NCBI GenBank assembly: GCA_023419605.1
Contig: JAEZXR010000020.1
Span: 4,108-68,107, forward strand
From: Bacillota bacterium
GTDB lineage: Bacteria; Bacillota; Clostridia; Acetivibrionales; JAEZXR01
Reading direction: 5' to 3'
Length of the DNA: 64,000 bases
In this document: piece by piece, positions 45,757-57,800 of the stretch
Numbering within the stretch: position 1 is the stretch's first letter
How the letters are laid out: each line of letters starts with the position of its first letter
Program-made: the position numbers and the translations under genes
Notes under the pieces: model-generated
What the model was told of the DNA's origin: nothing
The model's database searches: none
The model's input: only the letters and a program-made list of their open reading frames with translations

Positions 45757-48700
45757 GGTATGGGAGATTTTATACGGAATATTTTTTACGAACTTAAAAA
45801 CAAGCGGCTTTCGAAAGCAGAAGCCCTTGAATGGATACGCCTGCATGAAACCGGGATCAATATGCAGGCGGAAGCCGCTGCCGGTACGCCGGCCCAGCCG
45901 CTGGTGGGAAGCATAAGGATGGTTCCGGTATGGGATGCAGTTCCAGCGGGTCAGGAAAAGACCTTTCCTGACTTTACCGAAAGGATTGCAATCGCCGGAG
46001 GAAGCACGGATGGCAGGAATGCTGTAAAGCAGTATTACCCGGAGGCCCAGGTGCTGGATATCCAGCCGGGAGACAGCATTGAAGTTATCGCTGGAAAGAT
46101 AGGAATTGGTGGTTGGCTGGACCATATTATATGGACGGTGCCCTACAAGGATATAAAATCTGCGGAGGAGGGTGCGTTGATTGAAGAACAGAACAACGGT
46201 GTTCTCCAGGTTTTCAGGATTATGAAAGCCCTCCTCCGCCTGGGCTATAGCGGCAGGAATTTGGGTTGGACTGTAGTAACCGTACAATCCCAGCCGATTC
46301 ATAAAAATGATGTTGTAAACCCGGCTCATGCCAGTATTCATGGGCTGATGGGTTCAATAGCCAAGGAGTATCCGAACTGGAAGGTAAGGCTTGTTGATGT
46401 GGAAGCCAAAAGTGACTGGCCCCTATCGCAAATATTTGCTCTGCCCACAGACAGCCGCGGTCGTGCCTGGGTCTACAGAAGGAAGGAATGGTACAGGCAG
46501 CAGTTGATTCCAATGGGCGAAATCCAGGTTGCCCCCACGCTGTACAAGACCGGAGGCGTATATGTGGTAATCGGAGGTGCCGGCAACATTGGAGAAGTGT
46601 GGAGCGAATACATGATCCGGACGTATCAGGCTCAAATTGTTTGGCTCGGCCGCCGTGAACCGAATGAGGCGATTTCGGCAAAGCTGGAGCGACTTGGCGC
46701 TTTAGGGCCGGCTCCCCGCTACATCATGGCGGATGCTGCCGATAAAAGAGCTTTAGGGCAAGCCTATAAAGAGATAAAACAGAAATATCCGCATATTAAC
46801 GGAGTCGTTCACTCGGCCATGGCATTCTCCGAGCAAAGCTTGGAAGAACTGGAGGAGACGGAGTTCCGGTCGGTACTTTCGGCAAAGGTGGATGTGAGCG
46901 TACATTTAGCCCAGGTATTTAATAAGGAACCCCTTGACTTCATCCTGTTTTTCTCTTCTATCATCGCATTTATAAAGAATGTAAAGCAGGGCCATTATGC
47001 TTCGGGCTGTACTTTTAAGGATGCTTTTGCACACATGCTTTCACAGGAAAGGGACTGCAAAGTCAAGGTGATGAACTGGGGTTACTGGAGCAATGCCGAA
47101 ATAGAGGCCTTCAAGCATCAGGAGCAGCCGGAGCCATCCTATCGCAGGCTGGCACAGATAGGCATTGGTCTGATAGAGCCTCCGGAAGCTGTTGAAGCAC
47201 TGGAGATGCTCCTTTCGGGACCGGTAAATCAGATTGCTCTGATGAAGACCACAAAGCCGCTGGCCGTGGAAGGAATGAATGTAGAGGAAAACCTTGCAAT
47301 CTATCCCGAAATTCTTTCCTCCAGCATAAAAAACATGAAAGCCCATATTCCGGCATATGATATCAGGATTCAGACCATGAAATCCAATATAAGCCCGCAA
47401 AGAAACGAGATGTACGCTCTTTTGTGCAAACTGCTCTGGGTTCAATTGCGGGCTATGGGGTTGTTTACCGAAAATGAATTCTCTATAGACAGTCTTAAAA
47501 TAAAAGCCGGATTGAATAATTTATATGACCGGTGGCTGGAGGAGAGCATAGCGGTTCTGGAGAGGAATGACTATATTTATCGCGATGGAAACTCATGGGT
47601 TGTAAGGGATACTGTTCCCGTAGACAGGGACACGGTCTGGGGGGAGTGGAAGGAAAAAAAGGCTCTATGGCTGGAAAATCCGGATATGAAAGCCCATGTG
47701 ATTTTGGTGGAGTCGGTTCTTTTGGCTCTACCTGAAATTCTTACGGGAAAAGTACCTGCCACCGATATTATGTTCCCCCGTTCTTCCATGGAACTGGTGG
47801 AAGGAATATACAAAAACAATGCAGTTTCGGATTACTTTAATGAAGTACTTGCAGATACTGCAGCTGCGTATATCGCGGAGCGGCTTAAGCACGAACCGGA
47901 TGCACAGGTCCGGATTCTGGAAATCGGTGCGGGAACCGGAGGAACCAGTGCAATGGTTTTCCGGAAACTTCACTCTTTAAGGGCGCATATAGAGGAATAT
48001 TGCTACACGGATATTTCCAAAGCGTTTTTATTGCATGCGGAAAAAGCGTTTGGACCTAATAATCCCTATTTGACCTATAAGATTTTTGATATAGAGCAAC
48101 CTGCGGCTTTGCAGGGTATTGATGCAGGCGGATATGACATTGTAATTGCAGCCAATGTGCTGCACGCCACAAAAAATATCCGCCGGACACTGCGTAATGC
48201 CAAAGCTGCTTTGAAGAGCAAGGGCTTGCTTCTATTGAATGAAATTAGCGGAAGCGCCTTGTTTACACACCTGACCTTCGGCCTTTTGGAAGGGTGGTGG
48301 CTGTATGAGGATGCATCACTGCGCATTCCGGGCTGTCCCGGACTGTCTTCTGAAATATGGCGGGAGGTATTGGAAGAGGAAGGATGTAGCTGTGCCTTCT
48401 TTCCGGCAGGGAGCGCGCATGAAATATTCGGCCAGCAGATTATAGCTGCCGAAAGTGATGGAATTGTCCGGCAGGGAAAACACCTCAAACCGGGCGTAAA
48501 GTCCGTAAACCGGAGCAAAGCTCCGAGGGCGGATGTCCCACAGTCCACCGGCAGAGCTCAACAGTGGCAAATAAGAAAAACACAGAATACTCCACTGCCG
48601 GCAACAAAGAGAATTCAAAAAAATGACAGCGTAACAGACTCAATGGTAGAGGAGCATGTCAGAAGGTCTATTATTGAAAAATTGGCGGATTCATTAAAAG

Positions 48701-48875
48701 TAGAAACAGAGTTGATAGAGGTTGACGAACCCTTTTCAGAATACGGATTGGATTCCATTATGGGAGTCAATCTGGTTCAGGTCCTCAACCAGGCTTTATC
48801 CATTGAATTACAGACCACATGCCTGTTTGAATACAGTACGGTTGATCAGCTGACGGCCTATGTCCTTTCTCAGTA
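43810..48875 (+). other. PKS module 8: KS | KR-cMT-ACP, split at 45756/45760 (no DH)
   Basis: KS IAIIGMSGRFPGARN (43810). KR GVYVVIGGAGNIG (about 46555). cMT (about 47914). ACP Ser about 48754. Confidence 0.8.
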
Positions 48876-51800
48876 CAAGGATATAATCGCATCGGCATTG
48901 AGACAGGATGAAAGGCAAAAGCTGTCTGAGGGCTATAGGGTCCAGGGCATCGAAGAGGTACTTACGGTAAATCCCGCCCCCAAACGGTTTTTAAGAAAAA
49001 GGACGGCTGTTAAGCCTTGCGGCGGAGAAATAGAAGATAGCCGCAGAGAATTTACGGAAAAAGATGACATTGCCGTTATTGGTATGGCAGGACAGTTCCC
49101 CGATGCCGAAGATACGGATATATTCTGGCAAAACCTGATGAAAGGGCATGATGCGGTTCACCGGCTCCCAGCCAGGTATCTGGAGGATGCATGGGACATG
49201 GGCAGTACGAAAATACCCGTGAAGGACTATTACAAATGGGGAGGCATTTTAGAAGGCCGGGATTACTTTGATCCATTGTTCTTTAACATTTCTCCCAAGG
49301 AAGCGGAATCCATGAACCCCCACCAGCGGCTGATTCTCCAGGAAAGCTGGAAGGCACTGGAGGATGCCGGCTATAACCCGAAAAAGCTGTCGGATTCCCA
49401 GGTGGGCGTGTTTATAGGCGCTGAACCAAGCCGCTATTTTTATGAGTCCTTTACGGGTTCTTCCGATGCCCTTGTTGCCTCCCGCCTGTCGTATTATCTG
49501 GATTTGAAGGGGCCTGCATTTGTGGTAAACACCGGCTGTTCGTCATCGGCTGTTGCAATCCATCTGGCCTGTGAAAGCTTAAAAAATAACGAGTCTTCCA
49601 TAGCACTGGCAGGAGGCGTTTTTGCAAATCTAAGCCCCAGCGGCCTGATGGTATTGGCGGATATTGGAATGCTTTCTCCCACAGGCAAGTGCAATACCTT
49701 CGATGAATCGGCGGATGGCACGGTTTTGTCCGAAGGGGTGGGCGTTGTGGTATTGAAAAAGCTTACGGAGGCTGTCGCCCATGGAGATCATATCTATGGA
49801 GTTATTAAAGGATCGGGTCTGAATCAGGATGGAGCCAGTAACGGCATCACCGCGCCCAACGGAGTGGCACAGGAGATGTTGATCAGCAGCGTTTACAAAC
49901 GCCACAACATAAATCCTGAGGATATAACCTATGTAGAAGCGCATGGAACAGGAACCAAATTGGGCGATCCTATAGAAACAAACGCCCTTATACGTGCCTT
50001 TAAGCAGTTTACCCATCGAGAAGGATATTGCAGCATAGGAAGCGTAAAGTCATACATAGGGCATACTTCTGCCGCAGCCGGGGTAATCGGCTTAATTAAA
50101 ATCCTATTATCAATCCGGCATAATAAGATACCGGGCTTGATCAACTTTACAAAATTGAACCCTTTCATTGATTTAAAGGGCTCTGCTTTTTATGTGAGTA
50201 CCGGAATTTCGGAATGGAAGTCAAAAAATCAAAAGCCTTTGACGGCCGCCTTGAATTCCTTTGGGCATAGCGGTACAAATGTGCATATTGTGGTTCAGGA
50301 ATACATTCCCGCTGCTCCTGTGGCAATGCCTGCTCAATCTGTTGGGAATGAGGGCGGTGACGTTCTCATTCCCCTTTCTGCAAGGAATAGGGAGCGACTC
50401 CGGGACTATGCACAAAAGCTTCAAAGGTATTTGAAGAAAACCGCTCAAAGGGAGAACGGACCTATCGGCATTGCGAGCGGAAGCCTGCAGGAAATTGCTT
50501 ATACCCTTCAAACAGGACGGGAAGCCATGGAAGAAAGGGTTGTATTTCTGGTCGGGAGCACTCCTGAATTGATTGCAAAGCTGGGAATGTTTCTGGAAGG
50601 TAAAGAGGAGCTTGAAAATTATTGGTGCGGACAAGTCAAACAGGGTAAAAACACCATTGGTCTCTTTGCTTCGGATGAAGAAATGCAGGAGGTGGTTCAA
50701 AAATGGATTGCCAGGGGGAAGCTGAAAAAAATTGCAGAATTATGGACACAGGGCTTTCCACTGGAGTGGGAGCAGCTTTATGAGGGGAAGAAAATCAAAC
50801 GTATTCCTCTGCCTGTGTATCCTTTCGCAAAGGAACGCTATTGGGCGGCAGAGGCAGGAACCAGGGAAGGCTGCATAAACACGCAGGCAGCAGCAAATCT
50901 CCATCCTCTGCTGCATCAAAACACCTCGGACCTTTCGGAACAGAGGTTTACTTCCACCTTTACCGGGCAAGAGTTCTTCCTGTCGGACCATATTGTAAAG
51001 GGACGGAGAATGCTGCCAGGAGTGGCATACCTTGAAATGGCCAGGGCAGCGGTAGAGCAGGCAGCAGGGGTTCTTGCGGATAACAAGCCCATAATCCAAC
51101 TTAAGAATATAATTTGGGCCAGACCCATTGTCGTAGCGGATAAGCCTGTGAGGGTACATATAGGGCTGTATCCGGAGGTAAACGGAGAGATAGCCTATGA
51201 AATATACAGTGAGCCCCAAGAGGCTGATGCAGAGCCGACTGTACACAGTCAGGGAACAGTGCTGCTGAACACGCCTGTGAAAGCTCCGGCTCTGGACATT
51301 ATAGATATAAGGGAGCAATGCAGTAAAAGCAGTGCTACAGCAGGGCAATGCTATGAGGCTTTCAAAGGGGCAGGCATAGAGTATGGCCCTGGGCACAGGG
51401 GGATTGAGGAAATCTATGTGGGAGACGGCCAGGTACTGGCTAAACTAACCCTGCCAGCAGATGTTTCATCAACCAGGGAACAATACATACTGCATCCCAG
51501 CATAATGGATTCGGCATTGCAAGCGCCCATAGGGCTGGCCCTGGGCGGCAGTGCTTCAGATAGCGGTGAAGCAGTTCTACAACCGTATTTGCCCTTCGCC
51601 TTGCAGCAACTGGAGATATTCGGGGAATGCACTTCGGCCATGTGGGTGCATGTACGGTACAGCGAGGGCAGCAAAGCAGGAGATAAGCTGCAAAAGCTGG
51701 ATATGGATCTATGTGACCAACACGGAAATATCCGTGTGCGCATGAAAGGATTTTCTTCCAGAGCGTTGGAAGAAGAAGCAGGTTTTCCGGATGTGCCCGG

Positions 51801-54800
51801 CAATTTCATGCTTGAACCTTCCTGGAGAGAAAAGCCTGTGGTCAAGGGAACGGCAGCAGCTGGATACGCCAGGCGTCTGGTAATCCTATGCGGATTAGAC
51901 CGCGAAGCATTGAAGGCTATGGAGAATATAAAAACCGAAATGGATGGAGTGCACTGTATTACCCTTCAATCTGAACGGAAGGGTATCGCTGAGAGGTTCA
52001 CGGACTGCGCCATGGGTGTATTTGAAGAAATTCAGAATATTCTTGCAGACAAATCCAAAGATAGGGTATTGGTTCAGGTTCTTGTGCTTGCCAATAATGA
52101 GCAGCAGCTATTTGCCGCACTTTCCGGGCTATTAAAAACAGCTCAACTGGAAAACCCAAAGCTGACGGGACAGCTGATCGAAATGGCACCGGAAGATATG
52201 CAGGAAATCGTGGGAAAACTACGGGAAAACAGCCGCTGTCCTGGCGATAGCAGAATCAGGTACCAAAAGGGCAAACGGCATGTAGTCCTATGGAGCGAAA
52301 TGAAAGCTTCACTGGAGGAAAGCATCCCATGGAAGGATAACGGCAGCTACCTGATCACAGGGGGGGCCGGAGGACTTGGGCTTATTTTTGCCGGCGAAAT
52401 TGCCCGGAAGGTTAAGAATGCAGCCTTGATCCTCACCGGCAGATCCCCCCTTGGCAGTGAAAAGCTGGCTATACTTGAAGAAGTAAGAAACCTGGGAGCC
52501 AGGGTTCAATACAAGCAGGTTGATGTGACACAAAAGCAGGCAGTAGCAAGCCTCATGCGTGATATCAAGGAGGAACACGGAACCCTCAATGGTATCATTC
52601 ACAGCGCCGGTGTGATTCGGGACAGCTATCTTCTCAGGAAAACCAGTGAAGAGGTCCGGGAGGTCTTGGCTCCCAAGGTAGCAGGGCTGGTAAATCTGGA
52701 TGAGGCAAGCAGGGAACTTGTGACGGACTTTTTTATACTGTTTTCCTCTGCTTCAGCAGTTTTGGGCAATCCGGGGCAGGCTGACTATGCTTTGGCAAAT
52801 GCATTTATGGATTCCTATGCCGAATACCGCAACAGTCTGGTGGCGTTAGAGCAAAGGCAGGGAAGGACATTGTCTGTAAATTGGCCTCTATGGAAAGCGG
52901 GGGGCATGCAGGTTGACCCGGAAACAAAAAGCAGGATGCTTCAAAGCCTCGGCATGAGTGCCATGCAGACCTCCACAGGTATACAGGCCTTATATCGTAG
53001 CCTGGCCTCAGGCAGAACCCAGGTGATGGTTATGGAGGGAGACCTCAAGCGGCTGAAATCAATCTTACTGGGGCAGCCCCCTGAATCGGAAATAATAAAG
53101 GCAGAGGATGCGACGGTTGACAACCAAAGGGTACCTCTCCATGGGCGGGAGGTATTCAGGGAAAAGGCAATAAATTATTTCAAGAGGCTGCTTTCCTCTG
53201 TTATCAAGCTGCCTTTAGGACAAATCGATGCAGATGCCAATATGGAGAAATATGGAATAGACTCTATCCTGGTTATGAAATTGACAAGTCAGCTGGAAAA
53301 AACCTTCGGCTCTCTATCAAAGACATTGTTTTTCGAGTACCAGAATATTCGGGCATTAACGGATTACTTCCTTGAAGCCCACAGGGACCGGCTGACCGTA
53401 TTGATGGGGGGAGAAGAAGAGGCAGAGAGGGCAGCTCCGGAAGGAAACAACCCAAAAGTTTTGACAGAGTTAACGAAACCAATGGTCATAAGCCGAAAGA
53501 GGCCGCGTTTTACAGTGATCCGTACTGTAGCGGAAGAAAGCAAAGGGGAAAAAGCTTTGGACATTGCTGTCATAGGTATGTCAGGGCGATATCCTCAAGC
53601 CGGCAATGTAGAGGAGTTCTGGAAAAATCTGCGGGATGGAAAGGACTGCATTACCGAAATACCGAAAGAACGATGGGATTACAGCCTATACTTTGATGAA
53701 GACAAGAATAAGTTCGGGAAGGTTTGCAGCAAATGGGGAGGCTTCATCGACAATGTAGACAGGTTTGACCCCTTATTCTTCAATATTTCACCCAGGGAGG
53801 CAGAAATCATGGATCCCCAGGAGCGCTTGTTTCTGCAATGTGTATATGAAACCCTGGAGGATGCAGGCTATACCCGTGAAACCATTGGAGGGCATCCGGG
53901 ATCAGGGGCGGAAGGCAGCGTAGGAGTTTTTGTGGGTGTAATGTACGAGGAATACCAGCTTTATGGCCTTCAGGAGCAGCTTAGGGGAGTGCCTATAGCG
54001 TTTCCGGGGAATCCATCCTCTATCGCCAATCGTGTTTCCTATTTTTGCAATTTCCATGGTCCAAGCATGGCTGTAGATACGATGTGCTCATCCTCTTTGA
54101 CTTCCATCCACCTTGCTTGCCAGAGCATGCAGAGAGGCGAATGTGAGCTGGCCGTTGCCGGAGGTGTCAATATTTCAATACATCCTAACAAGTATCTGAT
54201 GCTGGGGCAGGGCAAATTTGCTTCCAGCAAGGGACGCTGTGAAAGCTTCGGGCAGGGAGGTGACGGCTATGTTCCAGGAGAAGGGGTAGGAGCCGTGCTT
54301 TTAAAGCCATTGTCCAAAGCTGTTGCGGATGGAGATCAAATTTACGGAATCATCAAGGGAACTGCAATAAACCACGGAGGAAAGACGAACGGCTATACGG
54401 TTCCGAACCCCAACGCCCAGGCGGCTGTTATCGAGCAAGCCTTTAAGAGGGCAGGAATTGATCCTAAAACGGTCAGCTATATAGAAGCCCACGGTACAGG
54501 AACTTCCCTGGGAGACCCTATTGAAATCACCGGCCTAAGCAAGGCCTTCCAAAAATACACTCAAAGCAGGCAGTTCTGTGTTATTGGTTCTGCAAAATCC
54601 AACATAGGACATTGTGAAAGCGCAGCAGGTATTGCAGGAGTAACCAAGGTGCTGCTTCAAATGAAATATCGCCAGTTGGTGCCTTCGCTTCATTCAAAAG
54701 TCCTGAACCCTAATATTGATTTCATCAACACCCCCTTTGTGGTCCAACAGGAGCTTACCCCATGGAAACGACCTGTAATGGAAGGTGTAGAAATACCGAG

Positions 54801-57800
54801 ACGGGCAGGTATAAGCAGTTTTGGAGCAGGAGGAGCAAACGCCCATGTAGTCATTGAGGAGTACATACCTGAAAACCGGGAACGGCCTTCAATGATAATA
54901 ACCGCCAGGAATCCGGCGATTATTGTGTTATCGGCAAAGGATGAAGAGCGTCTGAGAGAGCAGGCACAGCAATTGCTTGCTGCTGTTGAAAATGGGGTAT
55001 ATACCGATGCTTGTCTGACCGACATGGCATACACCCTCCAGATAGGCCGGGAAGCGATGGAGGAACGTCTGGGACTCATTGTATTATCCGTCAGGGAGCT
55101 TCAAGATAAGCTGAGAGGCTTTGTTGAAGGACGAGACAGTATGGAAGATATGTACAGGGGACAGGTAAAACGCAATCGAGAAACCCTGGCTGTTTTATCT
55201 CTGGATGAAGATATGCAGAGAATGTTGGATGCGTGGGTGAAAAAAGAGAAATATGAAAAGCTTTTGGATCTATGGGTTAAGGGGTTAGACTTTGATTGGA
55301 ACTGTATGTATGGCGCCAGCAGACCCCAAAAAATCAGTCTCCCGACGTATCCCTTCGCAAAAGAACGTTATTGGATACCGGAAATAGATACTGGCTTTAT
55401 CGCTGGTAATACACCTTCAGCTGCCATCGCATACCTTCATCCGCTGCTGCATCAAAATATCTCCGGCCTATCCGGCCTGTTGTTCCGTTCTACCTTCACC
55501 GGTAAGGAATTTTTCCTGACGGATCATGTGGTGAAAGGGCGGAAGATCATGCCCGGAGCTGCTTGCATTGAGATGGCGAGAGCGGCACTGGAACGGGTGG
55601 CAGGGACTTTTAAAGAGGGTATTGCCGGGATACGGGTTAGGGATGTGGTTTGGATCCGTCCGATTGCAGTTGATGAAGAGCCCATGAATATTCACATAGG
55701 AATTTACCCCGAAGAGGAAGGGAGCATTTCCTACAAAATATATAGCGGAGATGAAGCCGCTGCCACAGAGGCTGTAGTCCACAGCCAGGGCAGAGGGGAG
55801 TTTTTTACTGCCGCGGGGGTTCCGGCTCTGGATATTAAGGCTTTGCAGGCAGAGTGCAGTTGTGAAATCCTTTTGCCGGATAGATGCTATACGGCATTTG
55901 GAGGACTGGGAATCGACTATGGTCCGGCGCACCGTGGAATTGAGAAAGTATATGTGGGACAAGAGAAGGTGCTGGCAAAGCTTTTGCTGCCTTCCGCCGT
56001 TTCAGATACACTGGAGGACTATGTTCTTCATCCAAGCCTTATGGATGCGGCATTGCAGGCATCCATCGGGCTGATGACGGGCTCGGACAAACATAGGCTT
56101 ATGCTGCCTTTTGCCCTTGAAACCCTTGAGGTATATGGAAGCTGTACCCGCGAAATGTGGGCGCTGATCCGATACAGCGAAGGCAGCAAAGCTGGAAATG
56201 AAGTGCAAAAGCTTGATATCGACCTGTGTGATCCTGTAGGAAGGCTTTGTGTGGGAATGAGGGGATTTTCATCACGAGCTCTGGAGGAAGATATTCAAAG
56301 CGTCAGTGTGCCTGGGGAAATATCCCTTGACGCTGATGTGCAGACTTTGGTCGGAAGCTTTATGCTGGTTCCGGCATGGGATCCGGTTAAGGTGGAAAGG
56401 GTACAGGATTTCCCTTCGTCCGTAGATGAGGTTGTGATCATCGGAGGGACTGAGGCTGAGACAACGGCTGTGCGGCAGCTTTATCCGAAGGCGCGTGTGC
56501 TGGAGCTTCAATCCGGTGATACGGAGGATGAAATAGCTCAAAAGCTAAAGACCTGCGGCTTCGTGGACCATATTGTGTGGATTGCTCCCCATGGAGACTT
56601 AAAAGCTTTGGCAGACGATGCATTGATTGAAAATCAGGAAGAGGGCGTGTTTAAGGTTTTCAGAACCCTTAAGGCGTTGCTTGGCCTGGGGTATGGCGAC
56701 AGGGAATTGGGCTGGACAATAATTACCACACAGGCACAAGATGTACGGAAAAATGATTTGACAGACCCGACCCATGCATCCCTTCATGGACTTACAGGTT
56801 CCATGGCAAAGGAATACCCCTACTGGAAGATCCGGTTGGTTGATGTGGAAGCAGGTTGTGAGTGGCCCATTGCCGATATTTTCACGATACAGGCCAATAG
56901 CCAGGGGGATGCCTTCGCCTATAGGGGAAAAGAGTGGTATCAACAGCAAATGCTGCCTTTTCACCCCTTGTCTGAGGGACAGACATTATACAGGCCGGAG
57001 GGAGTTTATGTGGTCATTGGAGGCGCCGGTGGCATAGGAGAAGTCTGGAGCGAGTACATGATCCGCACCTATAAGGCGAAAATTGTCTGGATAGGCAGAC
57101 GCCAAATGGATACGGTCATTCAGGCTAAACTGGACAGGTTAGCAGCCCTGGGAACAGCACCCGTATACATTGCAGCAGATGCAACAAGCCGGGAGTCCTT
57201 GCAAAAGGCATACGAGACAGTCAAGAACATGTACTCCAGGATTAACGGTGTTATTCATTCAGCCATCGTTCTCCAGGATCAGAGTCTGGCGAAAATGGAT
57301 GAGGAACGGCTCAGGGCCGGACTTTCGGCGAAGGTGGATGCAAGCGTGCGTATGGCGCAGGTTTTCTGGAAGGAAGAATTAGACTTTGTGATGTTTTTCT
57401 CTTCCATGCAATCCTTTGTAAAAGCACCAGGTCAAAGCAACTATGCTTCGGGCTGTACCTTCAAGGACGCTTTTGCCCGTAGGCTTTCACGGGATTGGAA
57501 TTGCGCCGTGAGGGTGATGAATTGGGGCTATTGGGGCAATGTGGGAATTGTTGCTTCACAAGCGTATCAGGACAGGATGGCGCAGGCAGGCTTAGGCTCC
57601 ATCGAGCCGCCGGAAGCCATGGAAGCTTTGGAAAAGCTTCTGGCCGGTACCGTTGACCAGATTATGTTTGTCAAAACAACGAGGCCCCTGGAGATGAAGG
57701 GAATAAGGCCTGAGGAAGCCATTACGGTTTATCCGGAAGAACATCCGTTAAACATCCGGAACATACAAAGCCGCATCTCAATAGCTGCAGAAGCAACGGA

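Noticed and set aside
14108-56290. DH-like domains as pyran synthases or product-template-like cyclases.
   Set aside because: All seven retain HPLL-type N-termini, the HxxxGxxxx(P/A) histidine and the DxxxQ/H aspartate expected of true dehydratases. There is no sequence support for PS domains.
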